The translations under genes and the position numbers were made by a program. Below are positions 27,429 through 37,917 of a stretch of DNA of 64,000 nucleotides, piece by piece. A model generated the notes under the pieces. It did no database searches. It was given only the letters and a program-made list of their open reading frames with translations, and was not told the origin of the DNA. How positions within the stretch are numbered: the stretch's first letter is position 1; every line of letters starts with the position of its first letter. The stretch is from Minisyncoccota bacterium (GTDB lineage: Bacteria; Patescibacteriota; Minisyncoccia; Phycocordibacterales; UBA1550), in the NCBI GenBank assembly GCA_041660105.1, contig JBAZWZ010000004.1:176-64175 (forward strand), in the 5' to 3' direction.

Positions 27429-28049
27429 CTACGCATTTGGATCGATGGCCCCAACATTTCTTTCTTCTTCAACGAGCCTCCTTCGCATATAAAATGCAAA
27501 GATATAATATCCAGAAATAGCGATCGTAAGAATACCGACCCCCATCAATGCGTTTGAAATAAAACTCGTTGCAGAATCAAATGCACCCCCGAGAAAATAC
27601 CCAAAGATAAAGAGTCCGCCATAATTTACGAGCGCAACGATGAGCGCAAGTCTGAAAAATCGTGCAAACGGCATCTTCACCATACCTGCAACAAAGAGAA
27701 ACGCATGCGCGACACCGTAGGAAAGCTTGCCGATAAACATCGTGCGGAGCCCTCGCGTGTCCCAGAGCTTTCGCACTGCGCCCAGATGATCGGGTGTTAC
27801 CTTGAGTAATGCGAGCATCTTGTTTGAAAACTTTGTCCCCTCAAAATGCTTTCCGAGGAAATAATACAGCGCATCCATAATGATGTCGCGAAAGATAAAT
27901 ATTGAAAATGCAAAGTAGGGATTAAAATACCCCATACTCGAAAGCGCCCCTGTGATGAACCCAATGATGGGACCCTCAATAAACGTCAGCGGAATGAGTA
28001 TCCAATATCGATAATCAAGAATAAGCGCTTGAATGTGATCAGGAGACAT
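27429..28049 (-). CDS. DedA-family (VTT domain) membrane protein
   Basis: LIPLTFIEGPIIGFITGAL consensus and multiple TM helices. This is a second DedA paralog in the window. Confidence 0.7.
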   Translation of the reverse strand: MSPDHIQALILDYRYWILIPLTFIEGPIIGFITGALSSMGYFNPYFAFSIFIFRDIIMDALYYFLGKHFEGTKFSNKMLALLKVTPDHLGAVRKLWDTRGLRTMFIGKLSYGVAHAFLFVAGMVKMPFARFFRLALIVALVNYGGLFIFGYFLGGAFDSATSFISNALMGVGILTIAISGYYIFAFYMRRRLVEEERNVGAIDPNA

Positions 28050-28073
28050 ATAATTCTATTATAACAACTCCCG

Positions 28074-28538
28074 CTACTTCTCTGAAGTATTTTCGTACGA
28101 CAAGCGGTTATATTCCTCCGTCCCATACTCTCCTATTCCCTCCTTGTGCCAAAGAAGAAATTTATCAATACCCACATCGAGCGCCATGCGACTACAAACC
28201 GTGCAGGTCGGATTACCAGATCTCTTTGTGTTTCCTTCTTCATCAACTCTCACAAAATACAATTTTGATCCTTTTATCTTTTCTGGATTATTTCGGAGTG
28301 CATCAAAAATCGCGCGCCACTCTGAGTGCACGCAATTACTTGGACCAACTTCCTTACCGCAAATTCTTCTTTCGGTTTTATCAAGGGGTGGTCCATTGTA
28401 TCCCTCGCCTATTATTGAGCCGTCTTTCACGATGACGGTGCCACACTTTGTTGCAAGACAGAGCGCCCCTCGTGCCACACGCGCTGCTTCCATCATCCAC
28501 GTCACCGCCTCTTCTTCTTTGTCTTTTAGATACTCCAT
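28074..28538 (-). CDS. dCMP/cytidine deaminase-family zinc enzyme
   Basis: CVHSEWRAI (H/CxE) and PCTVCSRMA (PCxxC) zinc-ligand motifs. Confidence 0.8.
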   Translation of the reverse strand: MEYLKDKEEEAVTWMMEAARVARGALCLATKCGTVIVKDGSIIGEGYNGPPLDKTERRICGKEVGPSNCVHSEWRAIFDALRNNPEKIKGSKLYFVRVDEEGNTKRSGNPTCTVCSRMALDVGIDKFLLWHKEGIGEYGTEEYNRLSYENTSEK

Positions 28539-28544
28539 ATTTTT

Positions 28545-28985
28545 CTAAATCTTTTCCAAAATTCTCACAAGATTCAAGCTTGTCATCCAGCCATACTTAT
28601 TAAAGAATTCCAGCGCAATAGAATACATCTCTTTATTCTTATCATCAGAAGCATTCCGTATTGAATTCTCAAGGTCTACCCCACTATTTTCTTTGCTCAT
28701 GTTGAATAAATTATGCAAACCAACAATGCGCATATCTTTTGGGAAAGTAGCGAGTTCCTCAATAAGGTTGAAGTCTTCTGAATTGATACTCCTTGAAACT
28801 ACGAACTTTTTTACTTCATCCGTTTCTAAAACAGAAAGTATATTTTCAGTAATCGCGGGTTGTTCAAATTTATTTTCCACAGCATTTCTTGTACTTCTTG
28901 CCGGAGCCACATGAACAAAGTTCGTTGCGACCTGTTTTGTCGGACTTGAGCGGTGAAGCCGTTGATGCCTCGTCTTCCCCACCAC
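28545..28985 (-). CDS. Hypothetical protein (N-terminus overlaps the secA 3' end by ~115 nt; the true start may be internal)
   Basis: 146-aa ORF. The overlap with secA suggests the functional start is further downstream, or that the ORF is not real. Confidence 0.3.
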   Translation of the reverse strand: MVGKTRHQRLHRSSPTKQVATNFVHVAPARSTRNAVENKFEQPAITENILSVLETDEVKKFVVSRSINSEDFNLIEELATFPKDMRIVGLHNLFNMSKENSGVDLENSIRNASDDKNKEMYSIALEFFNKYGWMTSLNLVRILEKI

Positions 28986-31332
28986 CGATTTCTATAGCCT
29001 TTTTTACTATCTCTTTTGCTTTTTCTTCTTCCTTTATAAAAGCTCCAGCGCCAATAGCGGGCACGAGACGAAGGATTTCGTTTTGCACCGACTCTTTCAT
29101 CTCACGGAAGAGGCGCATACCTTCTTTTTTGTACTCGACAAGTGGGTCACGCTGGCCATATGCACGGAGATTTACTGACGACTGCAAGTACTGCATTGCA
29201 TCCAAGTGTTCCATCCACATCATATCAACCACCTGCAAAATGAGACGTTTTATAGCGCTGTAGAATTCAACCTCACCAAGTGCGACAACCTTATCATCGA
29301 CTTGCTTAGTAAGCTCAGGGTTCTCTGCCACGATACTGGTGAGATAATTTTTTGCAGCTTCGATATCTCCCATGAGAATCTCGCGGCGCATCCCATACAC
29401 ATATTCACGCTGCTTGGTCATCACATCGTCATACGAGAGCACGTGCTTGCGTGAGTCGAAATGAAACCCTTCTATTTTCTGCTGTGCTGTCTCAAGGGAA
29501 CGAGAAATCATTTTAACCTGAATAGCCTCATCTTCGGGGAGCCCAAGCTTCCCCATCATGTTTTTCACCACATCTGATGCAAAAACACGCATAAGGCTGT
29601 CTTCCATAGATACAAAGAATTGCGTCTCTCCTGGGTCACCCTGGCGTCCCGCACGGCCACGGAGCTGGTTATCTATACGACGCGCTTCATGACGCTCAGT
29701 ACCGAGAACGAAGAGTCCTCCAAGTGCCTTTATCTCCTCCATTGACTCTGGGGTAGATGGGTTTCCGCCGAGCTTGATGTCTACACCACGACCTGCCATG
29801 TTGGTTGCGATGACCACGCTTCCCTTGCGACCCGCCTGCGCTACGATCTCACTTTCACGCTCGTGATTCTTTGCGTTCAAAACTTCGTGAGGAACATTTT
29901 CTTTTTTGAGGTACTCAGAAAGAAGCTCGTTCTTCTCGATAGAAACCGTACCGATGAGTACTGGCTGACCCTTTGCATTAAGCTCCATTACCTTACGTGC
30001 GATCGCTTTAAACTTGCCGTTCTCTGTCTGATAGATGAGATCAGTCTGGTCAATACGTGCCACCGGGCGATTGGTTGGAACAGGAGTTACTTCGAGTCCA
30101 TATACTTTATAAAATTCTTCACTAGAAGTTTCTGCGGTTCCCGTCATGCCCGCAAGCTTGCCGTAGAGACGGAAATAGTTCTGAAATGTAATAGACGCAA
30201 AAGTGCGAGACTCTTGCTGAATCTTCACACCCTCTTTTGCTTCGACTGCCTGATGAAGCCCCTCTGACCAACGACGTCCCGGCTGGAGGCGCCCGGTAAA
30301 CTCATCTACAATAATGGCCTCGCCGTTTTGAATCACGTATTCTTTGTCACGAATAAAGAGCGCCTGTGCACGCACTGCGGTCTCCAAGTGATGCACGTAT
30401 TTCACCCCACGCTCGGTATAAATATTATCAACACCAAGAAGCTCCTCCGCACGGTTGATACCCTCTTCGGTAAGCTGAATAGCCTTGAGCTTTTCGTCGA
30501 CGGTATAGTGTTCCTCTACTTTGAGCTTTGCAGCAATGCCTGCAAAAACAGTGTATAAATTCTCTGCGTCACCAAAAGGTGCAGAAATAATAAGTGGGGT
30601 ACGAGCTTCGTCGATTAAGATAGAGTCGATTTCGTCTACAATAGCGTAGTTGTATTCACGCTGACAGAGATCAAGCGGGCTGTACGCCACATTGTCACGA
30701 AGATAATCAAAACCAAATTCATTATTCGTACCATACGTGATGTCAGCACGATACGCCTCTTGTTTTGAACAAGGACGCATAAACTCACTGATCACCTTAA
30801 ACGAACCAAGCTCATCACGCTCTGCATCGAGCTCTTGATGGTTAGGGTCATAAAGAAACGAGGACATATGATTGAGCACGCCCGTAGAAAGTCCGAGTGC
30901 ATAATAAATCTGACCCATCCACGTTGCGTCACGACGTGACAAATAGTCGTTCACGGTCACGACATGAACACCCTTTGAGGTAAGGGCATTCAAATACGCT
31001 GGCAGGGTTGCGACAAGGGTCTTCCCTTCTCCCGTCATCATCTCGGCAATCTTGCCCTGATGAAGTGCTATACCTCCCAAAAGCTGCACATCATAATGGC
31101 GCTGCCCGAGGGTGCGGTGCGAAGCTTCGCGCACACAAGCAAAGGCCTCTGGGAGAATATCATCCAAAGTTTCGCCTGCGGTGAGGCGTGAGCGGAACTC
31201 ATCCGTTTTCGCCTTGAGTTCCTCATCCGAAAGAGCCTGGAGCGCAGACTCAAAACTATTGATTTTCTTCACAATGGGCGCGTATTTACCCGCAACCCCA
31301 CTACCCTTGAATATATTTTCTAGAAATGACAT
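28870..31332 (-). CDS. secA: Preprotein translocase ATPase SecA
   Basis: 820 aa; DEAD-like motor domains; C-terminal zinc-binding tail CSCGSGKKYKKCCGK. Confidence 0.95.
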   Translation of the reverse strand: MSFLENIFKGSGVAGKYAPIVKKINSFESALQALSDEELKAKTDEFRSRLTAGETLDDILPEAFACVREASHRTLGQRHYDVQLLGGIALHQGKIAEMMTGEGKTLVATLPAYLNALTSKGVHVVTVNDYLSRRDATWMGQIYYALGLSTGVLNHMSSFLYDPNHQELDAERDELGSFKVISEFMRPCSKQEAYRADITYGTNNEFGFDYLRDNVAYSPLDLCQREYNYAIVDEIDSILIDEARTPLIISAPFGDAENLYTVFAGIAAKLKVEEHYTVDEKLKAIQLTEEGINRAEELLGVDNIYTERGVKYVHHLETAVRAQALFIRDKEYVIQNGEAIIVDEFTGRLQPGRRWSEGLHQAVEAKEGVKIQQESRTFASITFQNYFRLYGKLAGMTGTAETSSEEFYKVYGLEVTPVPTNRPVARIDQTDLIYQTENGKFKAIARKVMELNAKGQPVLIGTVSIEKNELLSEYLKKENVPHEVLNAKNHERESEIVAQAGRKGSVVIATNMAGRGVDIKLGGNPSTPESMEEIKALGGLFVLGTERHEARRIDNQLRGRAGRQGDPGETQFFVSMEDSLMRVFASDVVKNMMGKLGLPEDEAIQVKMISRSLETAQQKIEGFHFDSRKHVLSYDDVMTKQREYVYGMRREILMGDIEAAKNYLTSIVAENPELTKQVDDKVVALGEVEFYSAIKRLILQVVDMMWMEHLDAMQYLQSSVNLRAYGQRDPLVEYKKEGMRLFREMKESVQNEILRLVPAIGAGAFIKEEEKAKEIVKKAIEIGGGEDEASTASPLKSDKTGRNELCSCGSGKKYKKCCGK

Positions 31333-31362
31333 TTAGATACTTTAGCATAAAAAGTGCCCCGA

Positions 31363-31469
31363 CTAAAGGGCCCGCTTTGAGGCCCCAAAGCGGGCCCTTT
31401 AGTACATAGGTCGGACCTATGTGAAAGAACGAATACGAAAATCCCACTCCTTTGCAGGAGTGGGATTTT
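31363..31469. promoter_or_regulatory. Three consecutive strong hairpins in the secA 5' leader region
   Basis: Perfect inverted repeats: 17-bp stem CTAAAGGGCCCGCTTTG (31363..31402), a 17-nt palindrome CATAGGTCGGACCTATG (31405..31421), and a 13-bp stem AAAATCCCACTCC with loop TTTGCA (31438..31469). Confidence 0.5.
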
Positions 31470-31481
31470 CGTAAAAGCGTA

Positions 31482-31568
31482 CTATGCACGCTTTGCAGTC
31501 TTCTTCTTTGCTGCCTTCTTTGCTACCTTCTTCTTTGCTACTTTCTTAGCCTTTTTCTTTGCTGCCAT
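31482..31568 (-). other. Tiny 28-aa Lys/Ala-repeat ORF (MAAKKKAKKVAKKKVAKKAAKKKTAKRA) encoded by tandem ~12-nt repeats
   Basis: ATG...TAG frame on the minus strand. Ends right at the 31438..31469 terminator-like hairpin. Not in the ORF track because it is under 60 aa. Confidence 0.2.
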
Positions 31569-31868
31569 TTTATTTATGTGCTGTTTTAAGAAACAAACTG
31601 CTTCTCAAAACATATATGCAAAAATTAATATCTACAACAATGTTCGACCTGGTGCACTAAATTATTTAATGGTGCATCACGTACAATTATTGGATCATCT
31701 TCGTAATAAATTTCTTTATCACTCTGTACTAGATCTACTATTATTATCTCGCATACAAAAATCAAACACAATGCTTTTTGAAATTAAACTGTGGATAACT
31801 TTTTTCTCAAAAATATTTTGTAAAAATTATTTGTATTCACTTTTAACTTTACAAACTTGATAACTTTA

Positions 31869-32894
31869 CTAACTTAATACCACCACCTCTTCTTCAAGCA
31901 TCACATTTGTTTTTTCTTTGATATCTTTTTTAATTTCTTGCGCAAGCGAAATCATTTCTTCTGCGGTCGCATTACCATAGTTCACAAGGATGAGTGCTTG
32001 CTTTTCGTGTACTCCTGCGTCGCCCTTTCTATATCCGCGCCACCCGCCCACGTGGTCGATGAGCCACGCCGCAGAAAGCTTAACGCTATTACCCCCTTGT
32101 ATATACGCCTTCATTTCAGGATATTGCTTTTTAAGCCCTTCATAGGTTGCCGTATCCACTACAGGATTTTTGAAGAACGACCCCGCGGAGCCAAGTGGTA
32201 ATGCTGGCATCTTTGCCGTGCGTATCGACACGATTGCCTCGTGAATTTCTAGAAGCGCTGGCTCACCAATTTTTCTATCAGCAAAATATTTCTTAACGTC
32301 TTCGTAATTAATATTTGGCTCACCATCGCGCTTGAGCTCAAATATTACGCGGAGCACAATCAAATTTTTGTTTTTCTTAAAAATACTTTCTCGGTAACCA
32401 AATTCGCAATTTGCTTGCAAAAAAGTTTTTATTTGCATTTTTTCTATATCGAGAGCTTCCACTGAGAAAATAGTCTCTCGTGCTTCCACTCCGTATGCTC
32501 CGATATTTTGCACAGCTGCCCCACCAACTGTTCCCGGGATGAGTGATAAATTTTCTACTCCCCACAAGTTGTGTGCAACCACATCGCGCACCACATCATC
32601 CCACCACTCACCTGCTTGCACAGTCACACGAGTGCCTTCGTATGAGATTCCTTTTATTTCTATCTTGATAACCAGCCCATCAAAACCCTCTTGCGAAACG
32701 AGCGTATTTGCACCACCCCCAAGGATGCAGATTGGCAACTTTTTTTCCCGCGCCCACAACACCGCTTCCGAGAGTTCCTCAACGTTCGTCACGCGCACAA
32801 AAAACCGCGCATTCCCACCCACGCGCATCGTAGTAAGTGGCGCCAGTGGTACTTGTTCTAATATATTTAGAGCCATATTAAGTATGATAACCAA
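31869..32894 (-). CDS. murB: UDP-N-acetylenolpyruvoylglucosamine reductase
   Basis: FAD-binding PCMH domain (GGGANTL, VENLSLIPGTVGGA) and the MurB C-terminal domain. Confidence 0.9.
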   Translation of the reverse strand: MVIILNMALNILEQVPLAPLTTMRVGGNARFFVRVTNVEELSEAVLWAREKKLPICILGGGANTLVSQEGFDGLVIKIEIKGISYEGTRVTVQAGEWWDDVVRDVVAHNLWGVENLSLIPGTVGGAAVQNIGAYGVEARETIFSVEALDIEKMQIKTFLQANCEFGYRESIFKKNKNLIVLRVIFELKRDGEPNINYEDVKKYFADRKIGEPALLEIHEAIVSIRTAKMPALPLGSAGSFFKNPVVDTATYEGLKKQYPEMKAYIQGGNSVKLSAAWLIDHVGGWRGYRKGDAGVHEKQALILVNYGNATAEEMISLAQEIKKDIKEKTNVMLEEEVVVLS

Positions 32895-32929
32895 CGCTTA
32901 AAGTAAAGTGGTGGCTTAATCATTATTTT

Positions 32930-33772
32930 CTATTTTTTGAATGGTATTGTTTCGAGAAGTGTCAATTTGCCTGTTGCTCTGTCGTAACTCCAAAGTTCTT
33001 TGTCGGAAATTTGAGTGTAGTCATGAACCTCAGTTCCCTCAGCATAATATGATGTAAGCTCAATTGTATTACCAACAAAACGGTATGCTCCAATAATATT
33101 GTCTACTAACCCCTTATCATGCCATGTTGTTGCACTTTGATGATCTGACATATATTGTTCCACATTACCAGGCCTCTCAAAAGTAACTGATCTTTTGGGA
33201 TCGACTAAATCGATGATACTAAAGTAAGTCTTAGATTTCTTGTAGATATTAGGATTAACGTCATAGCTCATAAGGCTCAAACTTAAATTATCTGAAGCAA
33301 ATCTAAATGTTTTAGTAACTATACTATTTCCAGAAAATATTTCCTTTGAAATATTATTTATAATATCTGTTTCATAAATAAACCATTTTCCAGACTGTGG
33401 GTCTGTAGAAACCGAGTGATCAACTAAAACGTACAATTTATTTGTTTGACTATTAAACGCTGCATCTACAACAAATGCATTGTTCCCATATTTGTTTGTT
33501 TCAATTTTGTATACAACTGCTCCAGAACGATCGCCAGTATTCGACATTTTTTTAATGGTTATATATTGACCAATTGGGCCCACCCAATAACCATTATATT
33601 CACCATAAGTGAAGGGCCAATTTTGATTGATCAATTCCTCTTTTGTTATTGAGGTTATGTTGATGTTTTCTATTTGTTTTTTGAGTAAGAATGATTTACT
33701 AGTACAAACAACAACGGCAATTCCTATTACTGCAAACACTGAAACAATTATCACTATGTATTTATATTTCAT
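32930..33772 (-). CDS. Secreted/N-terminally anchored beta-rich protein, unknown
   Basis: N-terminal TM/signal helix, then a 250-aa Tyr/Asn/Thr-rich domain. Co-directional with, and just downstream of, the giant surface protein gene. Confidence 0.5.
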   Translation of the reverse strand: MKYKYIVIIVSVFAVIGIAVVVCTSKSFLLKKQIENINITSITKEELINQNWPFTYGEYNGYWVGPIGQYITIKKMSNTGDRSGAVVYKIETNKYGNNAFVVDAAFNSQTNKLYVLVDHSVSTDPQSGKWFIYETDIINNISKEIFSGNSIVTKTFRFASDNLSLSLMSYDVNPNIYKKSKTYFSIIDLVDPKRSVTFERPGNVEQYMSDHQSATTWHDKGLVDNIIGAYRFVGNTIELTSYYAEGTEVHDYTQISDKELWSYDRATGKLTLLETIPFKK

Positions 33773-33797
33773 AATTTTTTAATTTAATCAACAAACT

Positions 33798-36700
33798 TTA
33801 TTCTCCAAACCTCACCTCTACCACATCCGTCTGAGTTATACCATTCACTGTCGTGGTAATAATGATATTTTCTTGAGCTGCTGTAGTGCCTTGTGGGAAG
33901 AACAACGAGAACTTCGTCTGCTTGCGGTCGTCACCATCACTATGCTCTTCCTCCTGAACCACATTGAGCATGGTGAAGTTTCCAGAGATATTGGTGGTAA
34001 ACGGTACATCCTTCTTGATTCCTGTGACTTTTACCGTAAGTTCTAGTGGTTGTCCTTTCTTGAGTTTCAAGACATCATCTGACTTAAGGAGGAGTGTAGT
34101 ACTGTGAGCGGTATCTTTATACTTGTACTGGAGTTGGGCAGTTTGTTGCTTGTCGTAGATATTAACCGTACTCGTTTGAGACGTTGTTTTATTGGCAACA
34201 GTATTAGTGATACTAAGCGTGATTTCGGCGTTTGCAAACTTGAGTTCTTTTTCAAGTTCGTTTCTTCTCTCGTTGTCTGACTCGTGGTCTCTTTTGTGTT
34301 TAATTGATTCTCTTTCCTTAGTGTTACCTTTTGTAGTAGTAAGGGTAAGAGTATATGTCTTAAGTTCTTTTGTGCTTTGTGGGAAGGAGATAGTAATCAC
34401 ACCGTTTGTGGTAGCAACCGTTGCTGGGACAGTAGCCTCATTACTATCTTTTACTGGAGAATTTCCTACGCGATAGTAAGTGTTGGAAAGATTTAAGGAA
34501 ACATTTCCTCTTCCAGCAACTGAGAATGGCAGATTAAATGAATCCTTTTCCCAGAGTGAATACTCGTCAGGAATAGTGAGATTTGCGAAGACAGTGGTAT
34601 CAAATGGCTTCACATCATCTTGATTTGGGACACCGTCTCCGTCGGGATCTGCCGTGGGACTCGAGTAGACAGTTACCGCAATACTTGAGGTTGCGATGTT
34701 ACCAGCCATATCATGCGCAGTTATCAATATGTTTGTAACCCCTGGGGCAAATGTTTGTGTTAGTGGTTTGTCTGTAGTGAATGTAGAATTAGGATCAATA
34801 CTATCATTAACAGTTACGGGAATAGTTAGAAGTGTACCACTCGAAGTAAGTTGCTCAACAGAGGTATCAGACGCAAAGATAGTTGGAGCGGTAGTATCGA
34901 TTTTGAAATCAAGTGTACTTGTTGCTTCTGTGTTCCCAAAGTAGTCGACTGAGTAATACTTGAGGGTACTAGTACCTTCGGTTGCAATGACGAGCGGGGT
35001 TGAAGTGCTGTAGGTGTTCCATGTAACTCCGTTATCAAGAGAGTACATTGTTTTTTCTACACCTACGCCGTCAATATTATCTACAGCGGTAAGAGCTACT
35101 GATGTTGGACTTGTGTACCAATAATCCACACCTAATGAACCCGAAATAACTGAGGTGGTCATTGGTGCAACTGTATCAGAGAAATTATTACCAACCTGAA
35201 TAGTTTGTTCAGGTGTGCCATCTCCATTTTCATCAACTAACACGGTTACTCCACGCTCTCCCCTTGAGAGCGCATCAGAGTCAACCTTGTAAGTATAGAT
35301 TTCTCCCAATTTAAGTGGGATATTTATTGCTGAAAAAATATTTGATACTGCTCCGTCAACATAAAACGAATACAGCCCTTCCTCAGTTCCTGATACCTTA
35401 TAAGACTCAGTTCCATTCGGGAAGTAAACTTCTGCTTGTTTTCCACTCTTCTGGTCGTAGTATACATTCGGTACATCGTTTTTTACTCCTGTAGTGTTTA
35501 GTCCAGAAGACCTCCCCTCTGAATCAACTATTTCAAGGGTACCTGGACTACAAATAGAAATTGTTTCTTTTTCCTGTGATGCTAGTTTTAATTTTTCTAT
35601 AAAATTATCAGGATTACTATAAGTATCAGAATTAGGGAAAATCGTCTTTATTGTTTCTAGTTTATTTGCAACCTGAGCGAGATAATAAGGCTGAGATTGA
35701 TTATTTAATCTGCGACAAACCTTGTTGCCATTTTCATCATAATACGGATCAGGCCCGAACCCATTGTATCCTCTAACCCCTAAGATTTGCTCCATTTCCG
35801 GTTTTGTAATCTTATAAGTTATGTTGTTTTCATCCAATTTGCCAGTCCAAGTTTCATTTTGTGCAACGTAAGGATTATTATAATAAATATTAAATTTGTC
35901 TCTCAAAACCTTCATACCATCTTTTACGTTAGAAAATATAGACTGTTTTGTATTTGTGTAAAACTTATACAAATATCCATCAGAAGCAGTTTTGTAGGAG
36001 TGAGGAATATTCTTATCTGAATCAGTATAACAGTCTAGATAATTTAAATTATCTAGAGAACATGCAGGCACATCAATACCGCTAGCCACTCCTCGCTTAT
36101 CATAGTCATTCTCTGGTTGTGCGGGGTAATGAGTAGTGGTAACTTGACTAATACCATGACCGAAATCCCTCGCTACATTTTCGTTATCAAAGTCAACAAT
36201 ATCAGACTCATTAGCAAAAATTGCTAAAATGAGCTGTTTTGGGAAATCAGCCAACCGCAAAAGAGAAATATTGTTTGCCCCCTCTTTCCCGAGATTATCA
36301 CTGCTACTAAGAGAAGGGGTTGCGCTTGCGTTTATATAATAATGGTTAACGGCATCAGAAATAAGGTTTGCTCGATCTTCCTTTGTCCCATAAATTTGTG
36401 ATGCTGTATTCTCTAATTCCGTCTGCATACTTGCCTCATACTTCAAATACTCCTGCCCATCGATAAAGTTTCCTGTTGCATTATCAATAACCCCAGCCTT
36501 CATCCAGCCTGTTGTGCCATCGGTCGCATCTCGAACTTGATACCATCGATATGCGATTCCGCCCTCTATAGTTTCAGCATTACTTCCATCTTTCTTTGTG
36601 CTCTTAACCTCAACCGCCCATCCACTAGGAAGCTGCTTTAATTCTGTCGAGGTCGTGTTTGGCAACTCATACATCTTCATAGCTCCCGATTCATTTGAGA

Positions 36701-37604
36701 TTTCTGCCCAAAAATGATCTGGAGTAGCACCACCCTGCGTAACCACCAAATCATCAAAGTAATCAAAGTGTCCCGTCCCCCAACCCCACGGACGGTCATA
36801 TACTTGCATTTGGTAATTGTCTGACACAGGAAGGGCGCCGACGTTTAATTCTGCTTGCTGCGTATCGTTTATTAAATATGTCAACAATCCTGTTGCTGGG
36901 TCATAGGTGAGGGATTCATCAAACCAAGTGTTCCATATTGCGGGAATAATATTACTAATATGTACTCCGCAATAAATACCATTTTGCCAATTTAATCCAT
37001 CATCAAGAAAAAAGCCATAACGAGAGCAGTATGTTCCGTTGTATCCGCTGTAGGAGTTGTTGGCATAATCAACACCAAAATGTTTATCAGGAACTCCGTC
37101 ACCATTGGTGTCAAAAAAGAGCCTGAGGAAGCCATTATAAAATTGGTTTCCAGCGTGCTGCATTGTACGACGACTGACAGTGATTGGATGCGTACCATTT
37201 ACTGGTATCCAGCGCGAAGCGAGGATACCTCCGTTGTCCGTGACGTCTGTACTTACATTCATTTCTCCATTTTGTTCTACGACTCCGTAACCGCTTGTTG
37301 TCCATTTGGTTGGATCAATAGTATTGTCATCAAAATCATCTGAGAAAATTGTATCTACAGAAAGAGAAGTTGAATTCAAAGAAAGCGACGAAAGTCGCAT
37401 TAGTGGGGCAAAAAATGAGGTGACTGCTGACTGAACAGTAGTCGGAGAGTCAGAAGGAGAAGTTGAGGAGGTCTCAACAAACTGCATTGTTGAGGTAGCG
37501 TCAATAGGAGCACTTGATGTTGCCGTTTCCGGCATAATAACCTGCGCAAATGAAACCTGCGGAAATACTAGTAGTAACCCGAGGAGCAAAATAACTTTTT
37601 TCAT
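33798..37604 (-). CDS. Giant (1268 aa) secreted multidomain surface protein: Ser/Thr-rich linker, lectin/LamG-like region, possible lysozyme-like region, Ig-like (Big/CHB_HEX_C-like) domain, HYR-like domain, TSP3-like Ca-binding DxDGDG motif
   Basis: Signal peptide MKKVILLLGLLLVFPQVSFA. A possible lysozyme-like region carries ESD...GISQV. An Ig-like domain carries YSLDNGVTWNTY...YYSVDYFGNTE. HYR-like domain TAPTIFASD...ITAHDMAGN. Calcium-binding motif DPDGDGVPNQDD. Confidence 0.75.
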   Translation of the reverse strand: MKKVILLLGLLLVFPQVSFAQVIMPETATSSAPIDATSTMQFVETSSTSPSDSPTTVQSAVTSFFAPLMRLSSLSLNSTSLSVDTIFSDDFDDNTIDPTKWTTSGYGVVEQNGEMNVSTDVTDNGGILASRWIPVNGTHPITVSRRTMQHAGNQFYNGFLRLFFDTNGDGVPDKHFGVDYANNSYSGYNGTYCSRYGFFLDDGLNWQNGIYCGVHISNIIPAIWNTWFDESLTYDPATGLLTYLINDTQQAELNVGALPVSDNYQMQVYDRPWGWGTGHFDYFDDLVVTQGGATPDHFWAEISNESGAMKMYELPNTTSTELKQLPSGWAVEVKSTKKDGSNAETIEGGIAYRWYQVRDATDGTTGWMKAGVIDNATGNFIDGQEYLKYEASMQTELENTASQIYGTKEDRANLISDAVNHYYINASATPSLSSSDNLGKEGANNISLLRLADFPKQLILAIFANESDIVDFDNENVARDFGHGISQVTTTHYPAQPENDYDKRGVASGIDVPACSLDNLNYLDCYTDSDKNIPHSYKTASDGYLYKFYTNTKQSIFSNVKDGMKVLRDKFNIYYNNPYVAQNETWTGKLDENNITYKITKPEMEQILGVRGYNGFGPDPYYDENGNKVCRRLNNQSQPYYLAQVANKLETIKTIFPNSDTYSNPDNFIEKLKLASQEKETISICSPGTLEIVDSEGRSSGLNTTGVKNDVPNVYYDQKSGKQAEVYFPNGTESYKVSGTEEGLYSFYVDGAVSNIFSAINIPLKLGEIYTYKVDSDALSRGERGVTVLVDENGDGTPEQTIQVGNNFSDTVAPMTTSVISGSLGVDYWYTSPTSVALTAVDNIDGVGVEKTMYSLDNGVTWNTYSTSTPLVIATEGTSTLKYYSVDYFGNTEATSTLDFKIDTTAPTIFASDTSVEQLTSSGTLLTIPVTVNDSIDPNSTFTTDKPLTQTFAPGVTNILITAHDMAGNIATSSIAVTVYSSPTADPDGDGVPNQDDVKPFDTTVFANLTIPDEYSLWEKDSFNLPFSVAGRGNVSLNLSNTYYRVGNSPVKDSNEATVPATVATTNGVITISFPQSTKELKTYTLTLTTTKGNTKERESIKHKRDHESDNERRNELEKELKFANAEITLSITNTVANKTTSQTSTVNIYDKQQTAQLQYKYKDTAHSTTLLLKSDDVLKLKKGQPLELTVKVTGIKKDVPFTTNISGNFTMLNVVQEEEHSDGDDRKQTKFSLFFPQGTTAAQENIIITTTVNGITQTDVVEVRFGE

Positions 37605-37677
37605 ATTAATAACGATGGTGAATAATGAGGAACAGTGAATAATGTAAACTTACGACATTATCCCATTATCAGAAACA

Positions 37678-37722
37678 AAATGAAAGAGCGAGATTGCCGT
37701 AGGTAATCTCGCTCTTTCATTT
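37678..37722. other. 18-bp-stem hairpin (AAATGAAAGAGCGAGATT / loop GCCGTAGG) ~75 nt upstream of the giant gene
   Basis: Perfect inverted repeat, read directly. Confidence 0.4.
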
Positions 37723-37887
37723 CTGCATTCTGCTTTTGACTTTTAGCTTTCAGACTAACCCTCCTGTACTCTTTTGGCCAGCGGGTGCGAGCTCCAACAA
37801 ATGTCTAATATGTGAGTGCAGCCGCTAGCCAAAGGAACACACGAACTTCTATAGTATAGTAAATTTTTAGTAAGCACGCCAGAGAAA

Positions 37888-37917
37888 CAAAAAGCCCCGC
37901 TTTCGCGGGGGTTTTTG
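37888..37917. terminator. Bidirectional rho-independent terminator after the Wzy_C/TPR gene
   Basis: AAAAAGCCCCGC-TTTC-GCGGGGGTTTTTG. Confidence 0.65.

Noticed and set aside
31495-31565. Possible CRISPR array or minisatellite (tandem CTTCTTTGCTGC-like units)
   Set aside because: The units are only ~12 nt, irregular, and have no spacers or cas genes. The region is better explained as a tandem repeat encoding a K/A-rich micro-ORF.
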